Source of the DNA: Candidatus Auribacterota bacterium | Lineage (GTDB): Bacteria > Auribacterota > Ancaeobacteria > Ancaeobacterales > Ancaeobacteraceae | Assembly (NCBI GenBank): GCA_022711655.1 | Contig: JAKLEM010000002.1 | Span: 1,098 to 65,097 of the forward strand | DNA length: 64,000 bases | Direction: 5' to 3' | Shown: piece by piece, positions 61,333 to 64,000 of the stretch | How positions within the stretch are numbered: the first letter of the stretch is position 1 | How the letters are laid out: the number at the start of each line of letters is the position of its first letter | The notes under the pieces: model-generated | The model's database searches: none | Told to the model about the DNA's origin: nothing | The model's input: the letters and a program-made list of their open reading frames with translations, nothing else | Position numbers and translations under genes: made by a program

Positions 61333-62703
61333 TCAGCGGACGTCCGCCGCCGCTTTCACCGCGGCCGCCACTTTATGATGCAGGGCGCTGTTCATGAAGT
61401 TCGGCACGACCTCGTGCTTGCCCGCGAGCGCCGCGAGCGTCTCCGCGGCGGCGAACTTCATCGCGTAGGTGATGCGCGCCGCGCCGGCGTCGAGCGCGCC
61501 CCTGATCACCCCGGGGAACACCAGCGCGTTGTTGATCGTCCTTCCGTCCATCGCGATCGCCGCGCCCGCTTCGAGCGCATCTTTCGGCCATATCTCCGGC
61601 ACCGGGTTGGCCATGGCGAACACGATCGCCTTTTTGTTCATCGAGCGCACCATCTCCCGCGTCACCACGCCGGGCGCCGACAGGCCGATAAAAACGTCCG
61701 CGCCCGCCATCGCCGCGGCGAGCGGCCCGGCGATCTTTTTCAGGTTGGTGCGCCGCGCGATCGCCTCCTTGTACGGGTTCATGTCGTGTGGTCTCCCCTG
61801 ATAGATCGTCCCGGCCCTGTCGCTGAGGATGATATGCCGGAAGCCGTATTCGAGGAGCATCTTCGCCGCGGCCGTGGCGGCGGCGCCTGCGCCGTTGATC
61901 ACGATCCTCGCGTCCTGCTTCTTCTTACCGGTCATCTTGAGCGCCTTGATCAGGGACGCAAGTATCACCGTCGCCGTCCCGTGCTGGTCGTCGTGGAACA
62001 CGGGGATCTGCACCCGCTCCTGGAGCTTCTCTTCGACCTCGAAACAGAGCGGCGCCGCGACGTCCTCGATCATGACGGCGCTGAATGTCCGGGAAACGCC
62101 GGCAAGCACATCAACGATCCGGTCCGCCTGGCTGCAGTCGATCAGGAGCGGCACGCAGCTGACGTCCGCCATCTTGTTCAGGATGAGCGACTTTCCCTCC
62201 ATCACCGGCATCGCCGCAAGGACGCCGATGTTGCCGAGCCCGAGGACCGCCGTGCCGTTAGTGGCGATGCAGACGGTGTTGCCGATCGAGGTGTACCGCC
62301 GCGCCTCCTCCGGATGCTTGACGATGTAGTTGCACACCTGCGCGACGCCCGGCGTGTAGATCATCCGCAGGTCGGTCAGTGTCTCGACCTTGACGAGCGG
62401 CTTGACGGCGATCTTCCCGCCCTTGTGGATCCGCAGCACCTCGTCCTCGACCTCAAGTACCGTGTATCCCTTCAGCTTTTTCACCGCCGCCATCGTCGCC
62501 TGGAAATGCCTCGCGTCGTCGAAGAAGATGACGATGTCCCGGATCACGTAATGGGAGGTGATCTCGATCTTCGTGATATCTCCCAGGATCGCGTTCTGGT
62601 TGCCGATCTCCAGCGCCAGCTTTCCCAGCGCCCCGGGGACATCGGGGATCTTGAACCTGATCTTCTTCACGATCTTGTGACTGTATTTCTCGCCCGCGTG
62701 CAT
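61333..62703 (-). CDS. NAD(P)-dependent malic enzyme with N-terminal ACT domain
   Basis: ..LRMIYTPGVAQVC.., ..NGTAVLGLGNIG.., ..INGAGAAATA.. Confidence 0.85.
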   Translation of the reverse strand: MHAGEKYSHKIVKKIRFKIPDVPGALGKLALEIGNQNAILGDITKIEITSHYVIRDIVIFFDDARHFQATMAAVKKLKGYTVLEVEDEVLRIHKGGKIAVKPLVKVETLTDLRMIYTPGVAQVCNYIVKHPEEARRYTSIGNTVCIATNGTAVLGLGNIGVLAAMPVMEGKSLILNKMADVSCVPLLIDCSQADRIVDVLAGVSRTFSAVMIEDVAAPLCFEVEEKLQERVQIPVFHDDQHGTATVILASLIKALKMTGKKKQDARIVINGAGAAATAAAKMLLEYGFRHIILSDRAGTIYQGRPHDMNPYKEAIARRTNLKKIAGPLAAAMAGADVFIGLSAPGVVTREMVRSMNKKAIVFAMANPVPEIWPKDALEAGAAIAMDGRTINNALVFPGVIRGALDAGAARITYAMKFAAAETLAALAGKHEVVPNFMNSALHHKVAAAVKAAADVR

Positions 62704-62737
62704 CGTTCATCCTCCTTTTATGTCAGCCGCCGGGGCG

Positions 62738-63976
62738 TTATTGCCCCGCTGCCTTGTATTTCTTGAAGAACTCGTTCACCCGCTCTACCGCGTTCTTCCT
62801 GATACTCTCGTAAAAAAGCGCGTAATCGAACAAATGGTAATCGCCGGACTTGCAGTTGAGGACAGGCAAGCCGCTCGACAGGTCGAACCCCGGTACGGCC
62901 GGTTTGGCGATGATGAGGACCTTGCCGGAAGCGTCCGCGCCGGTCGCCCCGGCCACGAGCGCGGGGACCCCCGTCTTGTTTTCGCCGTCATACGGAAGAG
63001 ACCCGGGATTCTGCCGGGCAGGCACCGCTTCCCCGTTGAGCTTCCACGAAAGCGGGTTCACCTGGATCAGCGGCAGGCCGCCGACCTTCTGATACGAGCC
63101 CTTGAGCCAGATCACCGCGCCGTCGGTAAAGAAACCGGGGACGCCTTCGGCGGTGAAGCTGGTCCACGATATCAGGATATTGCTGTTCCCGAGAAAAAAC
63201 GACCCCGGAAAATAGAGGACATCCTGCGGGACCGCGTATCCGATCAGGTACGCCGCAACGAGCCGGCGGGCGAGCGGGGTCCCCAGTATCTCCTCCTGCA
63301 GAAGGCGCATGCCGTGCAGGCTCCCCTGGCTGTGCCCGGCGATAATGAACGGCCTCCCCTGGTTATAGTATTTCAAATAATGGAAAAATGCGAGCTCCAC
63401 ATCGCCGTAGGCGAGATCGAGCGACCGGATCCCCGACTGGCTCTTGCCGTCGAAAAAAGCGTACAGCGCCGCCTGGCGGTACCGGGGGATATAGACCCGC
63501 CCGGCCGCGTTGAAGGCGCTCGCGCAGTATTTCATGACGAGGGTCAGCGCTCGTACCGCCTCGGGGTCGTCTATCGGCGCATTCCAGGGCCCGGCGGATA
63601 CGCTTCCCGTCGGATGGATAAAGAAGACATCGACCTGCGCCGTCTTCTGCGCCTCGGGATAGCTCGTGTTCGGCGGTGCAACGTCCGCGTCGTCCTGCCT
63701 CCCCGGCAGGGCGGCCCATGCGCCGGCCGACCAGTAATCGGGAGCCGGCGGCGTATCGGCACCGAACGGGGCCGGCGGCCTGAGTTGTTCCATCCTCGCC
63801 TCAGCCTCTCCCGTCAGGTTTCCGCCCGTGACTATCCCTCCGGGAACATACGAAACGGCCTCTTTTTGCTCCTGCGCGGGGCACCGGAAAGCGGATAGAA
63901 CGATAACCGCCGCCGTAACTCCGATACGCGCCGCGCTCGCCGTTGTCTTCATTCGCCTCCTCCTGTGCGGTTTCAT
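62738..63976 (-). CDS. Secreted alpha/beta hydrolase (DUF3089-like)
   Basis: Signal peptide. Nucleophile elbow IIAGHSQGS. Confidence 0.6.
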   Translation of the reverse strand: MKPHRRRRMKTTASAARIGVTAAVIVLSAFRCPAQEQKEAVSYVPGGIVTGGNLTGEAEARMEQLRPPAPFGADTPPAPDYWSAGAWAALPGRQDDADVAPPNTSYPEAQKTAQVDVFFIHPTGSVSAGPWNAPIDDPEAVRALTLVMKYCASAFNAAGRVYIPRYRQAALYAFFDGKSQSGIRSLDLAYGDVELAFFHYLKYYNQGRPFIIAGHSQGSLHGMRLLQEEILGTPLARRLVAAYLIGYAVPQDVLYFPGSFFLGNSNILISWTSFTAEGVPGFFTDGAVIWLKGSYQKVGGLPLIQVNPLSWKLNGEAVPARQNPGSLPYDGENKTGVPALVAGATGADASGKVLIIAKPAVPGFDLSSGLPVLNCKSGDYHLFDYALFYESIRKNAVERVNEFFKKYKAAGQ

Positions 63977-64000
63977 TCCACAATTTCGACCCGGTCACCC

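Noticed and set aside
1-64000. Search for tRNA, rRNA, tmRNA, integrase, transposase, prophage or defence-system genes
   Set aside because: No intergenic region is long enough or shows cloverleaf-like or rRNA-like sequence. No ORF translation shows integrase, transposase, Cas, restriction or toxin-antitoxin signatures. The Pif1-WYL helicase matches a known stand-alone bacterial Pif1 architecture and has no defence-type neighbours.

Overview
GC-rich bacterial chromosomal segment, probably from an anaerobe. It carries a complete [FeFe]-hydrogenase cluster with HydEFG maturases and Rex. The surface proteins (PEP-CTERM tails, GloVer-type repeats, autotransporter-associated beta-strand repeats) suggest the PVC superphylum, but that taxonomic guess is tentative. 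I support about 47 protein-coding genes. I found no rRNA, tRNA, CRISPR array, transposase or integrase.

Gene blocks, left to right:
(1) 1-9815: two tandem minus-strand genes for secreted repeat proteins, one a 2787-aa PEP-CTERM giant.
(2) 9865-18621: a TPR/GT-C membrane protein, two alkaline-phosphatase-superfamily enzymes and a cysD-tauE-cysN operon.
(3) 20700-33930: a 13-kb single-strand [FeFe]-hydrogenase supercluster, in transcription order rex, histidine kinase, hndB, hydB, hydA, hydC, hydG, hydE, TM1266-like regulator, aspA-like, hydF, CheY-like receiver.
(4) 34096-43342: three polytopic GT-C-like membrane proteins, a third PEP-CTERM gene and a GT2 polyprenyl-phosphate sugar transferase.
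(5) 43370-47523: quinone-type prenyltransferases and a methyltransferase.
(6) 47678-63976: housekeeping and miscellaneous genes, including glgC, a PilB/GspE-receiver fusion, a Pif1-WYL helicase, a CDF transporter and malic enzyme.

Most interesting signal: each of the three secreted/PEP-CTERM genes, and no other gene in the window, has its own AT-rich near-consensus sigma70 promoter. Each promoter is followed by a 200-300-nt leader that matches the conserved core of the c-di-GMP-I (GEMM-I) riboswitch and ends in an intrinsic terminator. Two of the three aptamers carry different, well-structured insertions at the same junction, between GGGAC and GCAAAGC. I do not know of that layout in described GEMM-I RNAs.

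Other points worth a second look:
- HydA has non-canonical H-cluster motifs: TSCSSAW where TSCCPxW is expected, and MCCTAKK where MPCxxKxxE is expected.
- A family of (CCAATG)n/(CATTGG)n palindromic intergenic repeats, with two copies inside the hydrogenase operon.
- A good Rex operator in the rex promoter region.
- A catalytically dead archaemetzincin-like protein.
- A possible periplasmic glycosylation module next to the PEP-CTERM genes.

All calls come from reading the sequence and ORF translations by eye. No searches were run.
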